DNA from: a virus
Taxonomy: Duplodnaviria > Caudoviricetes
IMG/VR virus record: IMGVR_UViG_3300037439_000116
Coordinates: 4,562 to 68,561 of that record
Reading direction: 5' to 3' (one strand)
DNA: 64,000 nucleotides
Shown here: piece after piece, positions 27,041 to 36,822 of the stretch
Numbering within the stretch: position 1 is the first letter of the stretch
How the letters are laid out: the number at the start of each line of letters is the position of its first letter
Translations under genes and position numbers: made by a program
The notes under the pieces: model-generated
The model's input: only the letters and a program-made list of their open reading frames with translations
Databases searched by the model: none
What the model was told of the DNA's origin: nothing

Positions 27041-29540
27041 GCTGAGGCGCCCGGAGTTCCGGGCCCAGTATCCGACCCCCGGCCACCTGGCCCGCGCGCT
27101 CCAGCCGAGCACCCGCCAGACGCCGGCTCTCGATGCCATCGATGAGGCCCTGGTCGATCTGGCCAATGCGCCAGGGGCCACAGGGCGTACAATGATCTTT
27201 GTGCCGCCACAAGAAGGAAAGGCTCTAGCGCTCGACACGCCTATCGCCACCCCTCAGGGCTGGACGACGATGGGCGCTCTGCGCGTCGGCGATCAAGTGT
27301 TTGACCGACATGGCAAGACCTGTCGTGTCACCTGGGTCTCCCCCATCTGGCACGACCGGGAGTGTTACGAGGTCCGTACGGGCGACGGGGAGCGGATCGT
27401 CGCCGACGCGGTGCACGAGTGGCCGGCTCGACTGGATCGCCGATCAGGCGAGTACCTCCACGAGTCCTCGTCACTGGCGAGCCCTCGTTCCAAGAACGCG
27501 CAGATCGTCGCGCCGTCCGGCCTGGATCTTCCGGACGCCGAACTGCCGCTAGACCCGTATGTTCTCGGCGCATGGCTCGGAGATGGGCACGCTCGGTCAG
27601 CGCGCATGACGTTCGCTGACGAAGAGATTGCTGAGCGCATCCGCGACGCGGGCGTGCCGATTCGTAAGGTCCCGACCACTACCTACGGATGGTCTCTGGT
27701 CCCGGAAGGGTGGGCCAGCACCAGGACGTCGCCCATCAGGGTCACCTTGACCGCGATGGGTGTATGGGGAAACAAGCACATCCCCGCTCCGTATTTCAGA
27801 GGGTCGGACAAGCAGAGGCTCTCGCTGCTCCAAGGGCTCATCGACACCGACGGCTACGTCAGTCCGCGTGGGCAAGTCGAGTTCACCAGCACCAATCCCC
27901 TTCTTGCTGAAGGCGTACGCGAACTGGTCTACAGCCTCGGAGCCAAGGCCACGATCACCGAGAGCCGCGCCACCTTGGCGGGCAAAGACTGCGGGCCGAA
28001 ATGGCGCGTCAAGTTCTACCTGTCAGGCGCAGCGCACATCGCTCGCAAGGCCGACAGATGCAAGGACTCTTCAGTGGCTCGGGTCCGGTACGTCACGGCC
28101 GCCCGGACCGAATCGGTTCCCACGGTGTGCATCGAAGTGGACTCGCCAGACCACACGTTTCTAGCCGGTCGGTCCCTGCTGCCGACCCACAACAGCACCC
28201 GCACCTCGTGCTGGTTCCCGCTCTGGCTGCTCGCCCAGGACCCGACGTTGCGCATCGCGATCGTCAGCTACTCAGCGACCAAGGCCGAGCGCTGGGGCCG
28301 CTGGATCCGGCGCATGATCGAGAGCCACCCCGAGCTCGGCATCGAGTTGATGGGCGACCGCAAGGCCGTCGACGACTTCGAGACGACCGCGGGCGGGCGC
28401 GTCCTGTCGGTGGGCATCGGCGGCGGCATCACCGGCGAACCGGTAGACGTCATGGTCATCGACGATCCCCTGCGCGGCCGCGCCGAGGCCGAGAGCCCGA
28501 CGTACCGCGAAGCGGCGTGGGACTGGTGGGAGTCGAACGGCTCCACGCGCCTCAGTTCCCGCGGACGCGTGGTGCTGATGCTCACCCGCTGGCACTCCGA
28601 CGACCTCGCCGGCAAGCTGGTCAAGAACGAGCCGGGCAAGTGGAAGGTGCTCCGCATCCCCGCTGTCCGTGACCGGGCCCAGCCTCTCGTGCGCGGCAGT
28701 GACGGCGCCAGCGCGTACGCGCCGAACGGCGAGCTCATCAGCGTGCAGGGCCGTGAGCCCGGGTTCTTCCTGGACCTCAAGGAGACCCGGTCGTCGTACG
28801 TGTGGAACTCGATTTACATGCAGACGCCGGTCGCGGCCGAGGGCAACCTGTTCTCGAGGACCGACTTCCGCTACTGGCAGTGGGCTGAGTCGGACCCGAG
28901 TCACCACGATCCGCTTCACGGCGCGAAGCTCTCGATCGACGGCGTGGCGCTGTTCATCGCCGACATGGTCCGCTTCGTGACCATGGACCTCGCCGAATCC
29001 ACCAAGCGCTCGGCGGACTGGACGGTTGCCTCGGTCTGGGCCATCGACCTGAGCGGCCGACTGATCCTGCTGGACACCAAGCGGATGCGGGTGGCCGAGA
29101 AGGATCACGCCGACTTCCTCGCCCCGCTGTGCACCAGGTGGGCGACCCCTGACGTCTACGTGGAGCGCGGCTTCATCGGCACCGCGCTGGTCCGCGACGC
29201 GACGCAGGCGGGCATCCGCATCCAGCCGCTCAACCCATCCACCGACAAGGTGACCCGGGCCATCCCGGCCAGCAACCGGCTCAAGGCCCATCAGGTCTTC
29301 TGGCCCGACTACGTCGACTGGCTGGACGAGTGGTGCGACGAGATCGCGGGCTTCCCGACGTGGCAGTACGACGACCGCACGGACACCTTCTCCTACGCCG
29401 CTCACATCGCCGCCGCGCACTGGACCCCGCCGCCCAAGCACCCGCCGCGGGCCATCGCCACCCGAACCGACGCCGACCGCGCCTACCAGGCAGCGACCGG
29501 CCTCACCGGCGAAGTGGACCTCTCGCGCGCCGAGTGGTGA
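26934..29540 (+). CDS. terL: terminase large subunit containing an intein
   Basis: PPQEGK|S Walker A, GGITGEPVDVMVIDDP Walker B, TRWHSDDL, MDLA, DDRTDTFSY nuclease motifs. Confidence 0.92.
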   Translation: MSIDFSEKLRQSSNDELQSLIGKLAELQRLRSRIGELRRPEFRAQYPTPGHLARALQPSTRQTPALDAIDEALVDLANAPGATGRTMIFVPPQEGKALALDTPIATPQGWTTMGALRVGDQVFDRHGKTCRVTWVSPIWHDRECYEVRTGDGERIVADAVHEWPARLDRRSGEYLHESSSLASPRSKNAQIVAPSGLDLPDAELPLDPYVLGAWLGDGHARSARMTFADEEIAERIRDAGVPIRKVPTTTYGWSLVPEGWASTRTSPIRVTLTAMGVWGNKHIPAPYFRGSDKQRLSLLQGLIDTDGYVSPRGQVEFTSTNPLLAEGVRELVYSLGAKATITESRATLAGKDCGPKWRVKFYLSGAAHIARKADRCKDSSVARVRYVTAARTESVPTVCIEVDSPDHTFLAGRSLLPTHNSTRTSCWFPLWLLAQDPTLRIAIVSYSATKAERWGRWIRRMIESHPELGIELMGDRKAVDDFETTAGGRVLSVGIGGGITGEPVDVMVIDDPLRGRAEAESPTYREAAWDWWESNGSTRLSSRGRVVLMLTRWHSDDLAGKLVKNEPGKWKVLRIPAVRDRAQPLVRGSDGASAYAPNGELISVQGREPGFFLDLKETRSSYVWNSIYMQTPVAAEGNLFSRTDFRYWQWAESDPSHHDPLHGAKLSIDGVALFIADMVRFVTMDLAESTKRSADWTVASVWAIDLSGRLILLDTKRMRVAEKDHADFLAPLCTRWATPDVYVERGFIGTALVRDATQAGIRIQPLNPSTDKVTRAIPASNRLKAHQVFWPDYVDWLDEWCDEIAGFPTWQYDDRTDTFSYAAHIAAAHWTPPPKHPPRAIATRTDADRAYQAATGLTGEVDLSRAEW
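27222..28193 (+). mobile_element. class 3 intein with LAGLIDADG homing endonuclease (324 aa)
   Basis: Starts ALALDTP, ends PTHN before Ser+1; HEW, VCIEV and PTHN give the W-C-T triplet; LGAWLGDG and LLQGLIDTDG endonuclease blocks. Confidence 0.9.
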
Positions 29541-29606
29541 CTCCCGGCCTCAACGAGAACAGGCGTCGTTACCGCAAGGGGCGGATCGCTCGAAGTTGAG
29601 GCCGGG

Positions 29607-29921
29607 TCACGGTGCGCCGAACGTCCGGCCGATCTCGGCCACCTCGGAGTAGTCGTCAGGCGAGAGATAGTTGCTGGCTCCGCGTCTGAACGGTGCCTCA
29701 ATGCGGCCAGCCAGCGGAACGCGCACGATCTCCTGCCAGACGCCGGCCCATCGGCGCGTCCAGGTGTCCGTGTCGGGGTCGTGACTCCACGGCTCGTGAT
29801 CCACCTGTCGCCCGATTGGTGAGCGATCCCCGATATCCATCGCCGCGCCGAGATGCGTTGCCACGCCGAGCACCACGCCCGGTGCGCTGATGTCCTGATC
29901 GATCAACACGAAAACGTCCAT
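29607..29921 (-). CDS. antisense hypothetical protein between terL and portal
   Basis: 104-aa ORF filling the only gap between TerL and portal. Confidence 0.5.
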   Translation of the reverse strand: MDVFVLIDQDISAPGVVLGVATHLGAAMDIGDRSPIGRQVDHEPWSHDPDTDTWTRRWAGVWQEIVRVPLAGRIEAPFRRGASNYLSPDDYSEVAEIGRTFGAP

Positions 29922-29943
29922 GCCCTGATCGTAGGAGGTGCCC

Positions 29944-31218
29944 ATGCCGCTTTCCGACGCCCCGCGCACCGCTGCCGGCTCGATGGGCACGACGTACGAC
30001 GCGCTCGCCCTGGACCTGTTCGAGAACGTGCCCGAGCTGACATTCCCGCTGTCGCTGGCCACCTACTCGAAGATGCGCAACGACCCGCAGATCTCCACGG
30101 TGCTCAAGGCCTACACGTACCCGCTGCGCTCGGCGACCTACGCAATCAACCCCAAGGGCTGCCGTGACGAGGTCGTCGAGCTGTGCGCCGACGCGTGGGG
30201 CCTGCCGATCGCCGGTGACAACGACGGCCCGGGGCCGGCCCGCCGCCGCGGCGTCCAGTGGGACGATCACCTGCGCATCGCGCTGCTCATGCTGCCGTTC
30301 GGCTTCAGCCCGTTCGCTCAGCGTTACGAGATCGGCGGCGACCCCGCTCGGGCACGACTGGCCGAGCTGTCCGAGCGCCTGCCGCAGACGATCACGGACA
30401 TCGAGACCAACGACGACGGCTCGCTCAAGGGGATCAAGCAGAACGGCCAGAAAGAGCTGATCCCCGCCAACCATCTGCTCTGGTACGTCCACGAGCGCGA
30501 GGGCGCGGCATGGCAGGGCCGCCCGATGATCCGCGAGTCGTACGGGCCGTGGCTGCTGAAGAACGAGATGCTGCGCGTGCTCGGCCAGTCCAACCGCCGC
30601 TTCGGCATGGGCGTGCCCGAAGTCCAGGCACCGCCCGGCGCACCACCGGCCGACGTCACTCAAGCCGCGCAGATCGCTGCCGGTTTCCGGGCGGGAGATC
30701 AGGCCGGTATCGGCATGCCGAGCGGATTCAGCTTCAACCTCAAGGGCATGACCGGCTCGGCGCCGGACACGCTCGGCTTCATCCGCTACCTGGACAGCGC
30801 CATCGCCGCCAGCGTGCTGGCCAACGTGCTGAGCCTGCCCGACGCGGCCACGGGTAACCGTGCCCTTGGCGACACGATCATCGGCCTGTTGCAGATGAGC
30901 TGGAAGACGACCGCCCGCGAGATCACCGGCCCGGCCACGCAGCTGAACGTCCAGATGGTCGACTACAACTTCGGCGAGGACGAGCCGGTCCCGGCCGTTC
31001 TGTGCACCGACATCAACCGCCCCGAAGTCACGAGCGAGGCGATCAGTTCACTGGTCACCTGCGGCGCGCTCACGCCGGAGCTCGGGCTGGAGAACGACCT
31101 GCGCATCCGCTACAGCCTCCCGGTGATCCAGGAGGAAGAGCGGCAAGCGGCTCTCCCCGCGCCGGCCCCCGAGCCGGGCCGCACCAACGAGCCGGCACCC
31201 GAGCAGGTGCCCGCATGA
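29944..31218 (+). CDS. portal protein (DUF935/Mu gp29-like)
   Basis: Position after TerL; KMRNDPQI, GFSPFAQRY, RFGMGVP motifs. Confidence 0.88.
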   Translation: MPLSDAPRTAAGSMGTTYDALALDLFENVPELTFPLSLATYSKMRNDPQISTVLKAYTYPLRSATYAINPKGCRDEVVELCADAWGLPIAGDNDGPGPARRRGVQWDDHLRIALLMLPFGFSPFAQRYEIGGDPARARLAELSERLPQTITDIETNDDGSLKGIKQNGQKELIPANHLLWYVHEREGAAWQGRPMIRESYGPWLLKNEMLRVLGQSNRRFGMGVPEVQAPPGAPPADVTQAAQIAAGFRAGDQAGIGMPSGFSFNLKGMTGSAPDTLGFIRYLDSAIAASVLANVLSLPDAATGNRALGDTIIGLLQMSWKTTAREITGPATQLNVQMVDYNFGEDEPVPAVLCTDINRPEVTSEAISSLVTCGALTPELGLENDLRIRYSLPVIQEEERQAALPAPAPEPGRTNEPAPEQVPA

Positions 31219-31451
31219 TGGACGAGAAGGCCCGCCGCGCGCTCATCAAGCTGATCACCGAGGCTGAGAACCCCGCCCTGCGCGACCAGATCCTCGACAG
31301 GTGGGCCGACTGGCAGTTCCACGCGACCGAGTGGGACGCCGACAAGTGGGGCCTGCCCTCGTCGAAGGCAATGAAGGATGACCTCGCGTGCCTGCGTCTG
31401 CGGGCCAAGCAGGACGGCTCGCCGATCCCCGAGCACTGGTTCGTCTCGTGA
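31215..31451 (+). CDS. small hypothetical protein
   Basis: ATGA and GTGA coupling on both sides. Confidence 0.6.
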   Translation: MMDEKARRALIKLITEAENPALRDQILDRWADWQFHATEWDADKWGLPSSKAMKDDLACLRLRAKQDGSPIPEHWFVS

Positions 31452-33823
31452 CCGACGTGGAGATCCGCAAGCCGGTCGCGCTGCGGACGCTGCATGCGAT
31501 CGAGATGGCCGCCGTCGGTACGTGGCACGCCTCCACCGGCGTCGCGACCTTCACGACCGAGGACTTCAGCGACGCCGTGGCCGCGCTCGACTGCCCGGGT
31601 GTGCGCAACCCGGTGATCAAGCTCGGGCACATGGAGGAAGACTCCACGTCGGGCGTGCGCTGGGACGGTGAGCCCGCGCTCGGATGGGTCGCCAACATGC
31701 GCTTCGACGGAACGAAGCTGCTCGGCGACTTCACCGGCGTGCCCGCGTGGCTGGCCGACGCCGATGAGAACGGCCTGTCGGTCATGGCCGCGGCCTACCC
31801 GGACCGCTCGATCGAGATCTGGCGCCCGTTCGTCTGCCAGATCGGCCACACGCACCCCAGCGTCGTCACCGCGATCAGCCTGCTCGGTGTCGCCCCGCCC
31901 GCGATCGGCGTGCTCAAGAGCATGCAGGACGTGTACGCGCTGTGGACGGAGCCCGTCACGGGTGAGGCCGTCCAGGCGGCTGCCCGCCAACGCGAGCAGG
32001 ACGGCGCCCGCAGCCTCGCCGCCGGCGGGGAGCGCCTTGAGGTGCTGGTCCATCTCGCCGCGGCCGACGAGGAACGACGGCCGCTGACTGACATCGAGCA
32101 GCGTTCGGGCGTGGACTTCGACCGGCTGGACGCGCAGTGGACCGAGGCGCTGGACGGGCTGATGCAGGTCTGGCCCGAACTGGCCGAGCGGCAGCGCGAG
32201 GAACTGGCCAAGCAGATCGCCTCGGCTGTCGACGACGCGCCCGACACGCTGGGCGAGCTGACCGCGGACGACGACGAGGTCTCGGCGGTACTGCTGGCCG
32301 CGATGCTCGTGGTCGCCCGGCAGGCAGCGGCAGGGCAGGTGGCCGAGGCGGAACGCCAAGGCGTCGGCGTCGAGGCCCCCGACCTCGATGAGGGTCTCGT
32401 CCGCGACACAGCCGAGGCCGTAGCCGCCGCGATGGCCGCGAGCACCGCCAGCACCGCGGGCCGCACGGCAGCGCAGTGGCTCGGCCAGGGTGACGGGGCG
32501 TTGATCGCCGGGCAGGTGACCGAACACCTCGCCGGCCTCTCGGACGCGTTCCCCCGTGACCAGTTCGGCGGCGCGCTGTCGGCCGCGCAGGCCCGCGGCC
32601 GGTTCGCCGTGATCGAGGGCTACGCCGGTCCGGCCGACTACTACGCCTCCGAGGCGCTGGACGTGCGCACCTGCGCGCCGTGCAAGTCGGTCGACGGCAA
32701 GCGGTTCGACGACCTCGACTCCGCCCGGGCCGCGTACGGCAGCGGCAAGTACCAGGGCTGCGCGGGCGGTGCCCGGTGCCGGGGCCAGCTCATCACCATC
32801 TTCGGTTCCGACCGGGCCTCGGTCGCGACCACCGTCCGTCTCAACCTGGGAGGCCCCATGGGCACCACGACCGGCGGCGTCGTCAAGGCGTCCGTGTCGG
32901 TGGAAGACATCAGCCGCAAGTACTACGAGTCGGCCGGTTACAGCATGTGGATCACCGAGATGCATGTGGACCCGCTGGAGCTGATCGCCGCCGACGACGC
33001 ATCGGGCAAGTACTACCGGATCCCGGTGGAGCTGTCCGGCGAGGAGTTCGTCTTCGGCGAGCCGCAGGAAGTGGCCATCCAGTACGCGGACGTCAAGACC
33101 GCGGCCTCGGCTCCGGTGAAGTTCGCCGAGCGTGCCGTGGCCCTGCTCGCCGCAGGCAAGAACCCCGACGGCACCGACCGCGTGGCCCCCGACGTCTCGC
33201 CCGCCGGCGCGGCTATCCGCAAGGCGGCCGACAAGGCCAACGCCGCGGTCCCGGCCGTGCTCGAAACCGAGGTCCCGGCCGAACCCGAGAAGACCCCCGA
33301 CGCCGATCCGGCGACCGGGCCCACCACAACCCCGAAGGAGGCGTCCGTGGACGCAGCCAAGATGCGGGAGGCGCTGGGGCTCGGTCCCGACGCCACGGAC
33401 GACGAGGTGCGCGAGGCTATCTCGACGCAGCTCTCCGCCCAGATCCCCGCGCAGACGCCCGACCCGGCGGCGACCCTCACCGCGATCTCGCCCGCTCAGG
33501 GCGGCGCGATGCTGATCGACCCGGAGAACTACAAGACGCTGATCCAGATGGCCGCGAAGGGCCAGTGGGCCGCCGAGCAGGTCCAGGTCGGCCGACGCGA
33601 CCAGGTGCTCAAGGAGGCGTGCGAGGCGGGCCGGTTCCCGGTCTCCCGGCTCGCGGCCTACAAGGACATGTGGGACAAGAACCCCGAGGCTACCGAGCAG
33701 TACATCAACCTGATGCCGAAGAACTCGGTGCCGGTGATGGCCTCGGGCTTCCTCGGCGCCGAGATCAGCCAGAACGAAACCGACATCGCCTACGAGGCGC
33801 TCTACGGAAAGGCCGGTGCCTGA
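31448..33823 (+). CDS. fused head maturation protease (Mu gpI-like) + MuF-like minor head + scaffold protein
   Basis: VIKLGH, PALGWV, YPDRSIE, ISLLG protease motifs; CAPC...CAGGARCRG MuF motif; Ala/Pro-rich C-terminal scaffold. Confidence 0.8.
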   Translation: MTDVEIRKPVALRTLHAIEMAAVGTWHASTGVATFTTEDFSDAVAALDCPGVRNPVIKLGHMEEDSTSGVRWDGEPALGWVANMRFDGTKLLGDFTGVPAWLADADENGLSVMAAAYPDRSIEIWRPFVCQIGHTHPSVVTAISLLGVAPPAIGVLKSMQDVYALWTEPVTGEAVQAAARQREQDGARSLAAGGERLEVLVHLAAADEERRPLTDIEQRSGVDFDRLDAQWTEALDGLMQVWPELAERQREELAKQIASAVDDAPDTLGELTADDDEVSAVLLAAMLVVARQAAAGQVAEAERQGVGVEAPDLDEGLVRDTAEAVAAAMAASTASTAGRTAAQWLGQGDGALIAGQVTEHLAGLSDAFPRDQFGGALSAAQARGRFAVIEGYAGPADYYASEALDVRTCAPCKSVDGKRFDDLDSARAAYGSGKYQGCAGGARCRGQLITIFGSDRASVATTVRLNLGGPMGTTTGGVVKASVSVEDISRKYYESAGYSMWITEMHVDPLELIAADDASGKYYRIPVELSGEEFVFGEPQEVAIQYADVKTAASAPVKFAERAVALLAAGKNPDGTDRVAPDVSPAGAAIRKAADKANAAVPAVLETEVPAEPEKTPDADPATGPTTTPKEASVDAAKMREALGLGPDATDDEVREAISTQLSAQIPAQTPDPAATLTAISPAQGGAMLIDPENYKTLIQMAAKGQWAAEQVQVGRRDQVLKEACEAGRFPVSRLAAYKDMWDKNPEATEQYINLMPKNSVPVMASGFLGAEISQNETDIAYEALYGKAGA

Positions 33824-33824
33824 C

Positions 33825-34196
33825 ATGGCTGAGTACAGCGTCGTCTTCGCAGGCGGCTTCGCTCCGATCACGATGCAGGCCTCGGCCAACGTGGTCGGTG
33901 GCCGGCTCGTCGAGGTCACCGGCACCGGCACCGTCGGTCCCGCCGGCGCGGCCAGCGTCAAGGCCATCGGTGTGGCTGCGACCGACCAGGCGACCGGGGC
34001 CAAGGTCCAGGTCTGGCCCCTTCCGGGGGTCGTGCACGAAGTCACCGGGGCCGGCGTCATCGCGGCCGGCGACAACCTCGCGGCCGGTGCCGCCGGTGTC
34101 GTCGCGCCCATCGCCGCAGGCACCTTCGGCCAGCTTGTCGGAGTGGCGCTCGCGCCCGCTGCCGACGGCGCGACTGTCCGTTTCATCGGACGCTAG
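33825..34196 (+). CDS. capsid decoration/cement protein (DUF2190-like)
   Basis: Gly/Ala-rich 123 aa between scaffold and MCP; IGVAATD, VGVALAPAADG. Confidence 0.8.
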   Translation: MAEYSVVFAGGFAPITMQASANVVGGRLVEVTGTGTVGPAGAASVKAIGVAATDQATGAKVQVWPLPGVVHEVTGAGVIAAGDNLAAGAAGVVAPIAAGTFGQLVGVALAPAADGATVRFIGR

Positions 34197-34208
34197 GAGA
34201 GCTGATCC

Positions 34209-35132
34209 ATGGCGATCACCTACCCGCCGTCAGCTCCCACGCTGTCCGGCGACATCGTTACCATCTCGCGCTTCCTCAACACCCCGACCGCGGTGGCCCG
34301 GCGTCTGCGCACCATCGCCGAGAACCGCTTCATCGCCGACGTGCTGCTGACTGGCCGTGTCGAAGGCTCGTCGATCCTGTACGAGACCGACGAGTCCATC
34401 TACACCTCCCGCGCACCCGAGCAGATCGCTCCCGGTGACCAGTACCCCCGCGCGCTGGCGCCGACCGGCACCGGCGCAACGGCCAACCCGGTCAAGTGGG
34501 GCCAGGAGATCCCGATCACCGATGAGGAGATCGGCCGCTTCCGGGGCGACGCCGTGGAGCGCAACCTCACGAAGATCGTGAACTACCTGATCTACACGGT
34601 GGACACGACCGCCCTCGCGGTCATCGCCGCCGTGGTCACCCAAGCAGTCGCCGCCACCGCCGCGTGGAACCTCACCACGGCGAACGTCCTGCTCGACCTG
34701 CTCCGGGCCAAGGCGACGATCCGCGCGCTCAACAAGGGCTACGAGCCGAACGTCGCCGTGTGCGACGACTTCGCCTTCGCCTACATCGCGGCCAACATGA
34801 ACCTGCTGGCCACGCTGGCGCGCGAGAGCGGCACGACCGTCTCCATGACCGGCGACCTGCCGGTGATCGCGGGCCTGACCATCATGCCGACGCCGAACCT
34901 GGCGACGGCGGGCACAGTGCTCGTGGCCGACACCGCGAACCTCGGCTCGCTCGGCTACGAGAACATCCCGAGCCCGGAGTACCAGGGCGCGGCCGACGCG
35001 ATCCAGACGCTCACCCGGCGCAACCCGGCGGGCAACGATGAGTGGCTGGTCCGCGCTCGCCGCTCGGTCGTCCCATTCGTGCAGGAGCCGGGGGCCGCGT
35101 GCAAGATCACCGGCATCGGCACCCTGACCTGA
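34209..35132 (+). CDS. major capsid protein
   Basis: 307 aa, AGGAG RBS, position; KWGQEIPITDEEI HK97-fold pattern. Confidence 0.85.
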   Translation: MAITYPPSAPTLSGDIVTISRFLNTPTAVARRLRTIAENRFIADVLLTGRVEGSSILYETDESIYTSRAPEQIAPGDQYPRALAPTGTGATANPVKWGQEIPITDEEIGRFRGDAVERNLTKIVNYLIYTVDTTALAVIAAVVTQAVAATAAWNLTTANVLLDLLRAKATIRALNKGYEPNVAVCDDFAFAYIAANMNLLATLARESGTTVSMTGDLPVIAGLTIMPTPNLATAGTVLVADTANLGSLGYENIPSPEYQGAADAIQTLTRRNPAGNDEWLVRARRSVVPFVQEPGAACKITGIGTLT

Positions 35133-35140
35133 TCGGAGAG

Positions 35141-35659
35141 ATGACCATGCCTTTCATCGTGCTGGCCCCTCGGCTGGCATTCCAGAAGACGGAGCCGGAG
35201 AACCCGACCGTCCCCGTCGGCGACGAGGAGATCGTCCAGCGGGGCGGCAGCGTCCCCGACTACGTGCCGACGTACATCACCTCGGCGCTCGCTTCGGCCG
35301 GCTCGGTCGTGTTCGCCGATGAGCGTCCCGACCTCAGGCCAGTGGACGACGTGCCGCCGCAGGTCCGCACCCCGGACATGCCCGGCGTCCTGCCGAGCGA
35401 CCCCCACGGCGTGCCGCTGCTGCCCGGCGATCTCGTGACCACTGAGCCTCCGCGCGAGGTGGAGGTCGACGTGCCGCCGGTCGACGAGACGGGCGGGCCC
35501 GCACTGGGTGCCCCGCCCAAGGCGTCCGACTCGAAGGACACGTGGGAGACCTACGCCACGCACCCGAAGATCGGCATGACGCTGGCCGAGGCCGAGGCCA
35601 TGAACAAGACCGACCTCATGGCGCAGGTCAAGCAGCGCTACGAAGCCGCTTCTCGCTGA
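35141..35659 (+). CDS. hypothetical head-associated protein
   Basis: Pro-rich; C-terminal AEAMNKTDLM helical motif. Confidence 0.7.
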   Translation: MTMPFIVLAPRLAFQKTEPENPTVPVGDEEIVQRGGSVPDYVPTYITSALASAGSVVFADERPDLRPVDDVPPQVRTPDMPGVLPSDPHGVPLLPGDLVTTEPPREVEVDVPPVDETGGPALGAPPKASDSKDTWETYATHPKIGMTLAEAEAMNKTDLMAQVKQRYEAASR

Positions 35660-35736
35660 GCGGTCCGGAACCGGGCGCGGCGGCGGTGGGCTTCGTCTCC
35701 CTCCCCGCCGCTGCGCTCATCCGAAAGGAGCTGACC

Positions 35737-35967
35737 ATGGGCACGCCGATCGACCTCGAGAAGATGCGCTCCATCTCCGTCGGGCGACGCACCCGAGTCA
35801 TCGTGCGCGAGGGCCGTGAGCATCCCGAGTCCGGCCGCCCATGGAAGTCGACGACCACCGAGGCCGGGACCGTCACCGAACACAACACCAAGGACGACCG
35901 GGTCGACGCTCTCGTCACGCCGGCCACCATCACCATCACGAAGGGACAGGCGCATGGCAGCGCGTAA
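35737..35967 (+). CDS. small hypothetical protein
   Basis: AAAGGAG RBS. Confidence 0.65.
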   Translation: MGTPIDLEKMRSISVGRRTRVIVREGREHPESGRPWKSTTTEAGTVTEHNTKDDRVDALVTPATITITKGQAHGSA

Positions 35968-36349
35968 GACCTACGAGCAGGCCAGCAAGCAGGCGCGCGA
36001 CGCGCTCGCCGCTGCCGTGCTCAGCGACCCCGGCAGCCACTTCCCGTACAAGCGCGACGCCGTGCAGGAGGTGCTCGACGCCAACCCGAACATGGGCCCC
36101 GGCGTGCCCGGTGAGGCCGAGGGCGCCGACGACGACTCCCGCACGGTGGCCGACTACATGACCGAGGCCATCGCCGATGCGAGCGAGGCGTACGTGACCG
36201 CGCAGGCCGCGTACCTCAAGGACGGCACCGACGAGAGCCGCTCGGCCTACGACGCCGCGCGTGACCAGCTTCAGGCCGCCCGGCTCGATCACCGTGCCAG
36301 GCGCGGCAACGAATTCACCGTCGGCGCTGCGGCGAGAAGGGCTGGCTGA
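35954..36349 (+). CDS. hypothetical protein
   Basis: 131 aa, overlaps upstream stop. Confidence 0.65.
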   Translation: MAARKTYEQASKQARDALAAAVLSDPGSHFPYKRDAVQEVLDANPNMGPGVPGEAEGADDDSRTVADYMTEAIADASEAYVTAQAAYLKDGTDESRSAYDAARDQLQAARLDHRARRGNEFTVGAAARRAG

Positions 36350-36351
36350 CC

Positions 36352-36819
36352 ATGGCTGTCACCGCTTCGGGCCTGTACTTGGCCAACTTCGTCGACGTGC
36401 TCGACGCCACGCAACTGGCGATCGACCTTTCCCTCGCCTCACACAAGCTCGCGCTGCTGAACAACACGGCGACCCCGAACTTCTCGACCGACGTCACCTG
36501 GAACAACACCAACGAGGTGGCCGGCACCGGATGGGTCACCGGCGGCATCGCGCTCTCGGCGGCAGCAGCCGGCGCTACCTCAACCGCGCCGACCCTGACC
36601 GAGTCCCCCACCGGCACGATCATGTACGACATGAACGACGTCGCGGTCAGCTCCACCACGCTGACCAATGCCCGAGCGGCCCGGCTCTACGCCGACGCGT
36701 TGGCCGGTGACAACCTGATCTTCCTGGTCAATTTCGGCGCGGACTTTTCCACGTCCAACGGGACGTTCGGCATTCAGTGGGCAGCGACAGGCTGCCTAAC
36801 TCTCGACATCACGCCATAG
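36352..36819 (+). CDS. beta-rich virion structural protein (fibre/spike base-like)
   Basis: KLALL...NEVAGTGWVTGG...VNFGADFS..NGTFGIQW, a widespread structural family. Confidence 0.7.
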   Translation: MAVTASGLYLANFVDVLDATQLAIDLSLASHKLALLNNTATPNFSTDVTWNNTNEVAGTGWVTGGIALSAAAAGATSTAPTLTESPTGTIMYDMNDVAVSSTTLTNARAARLYADALAGDNLIFLVNFGADFSTSNGTFGIQWAATGCLTLDITP

Positions 36820-36822
36820 CCC

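Noticed and set aside
31070-34186. 1038-aa minus-strand ORF
   Set aside because: Antisense shadow of the head genes; high GC3 bias keeps the reverse frame open, and no motif or RBS was seen.
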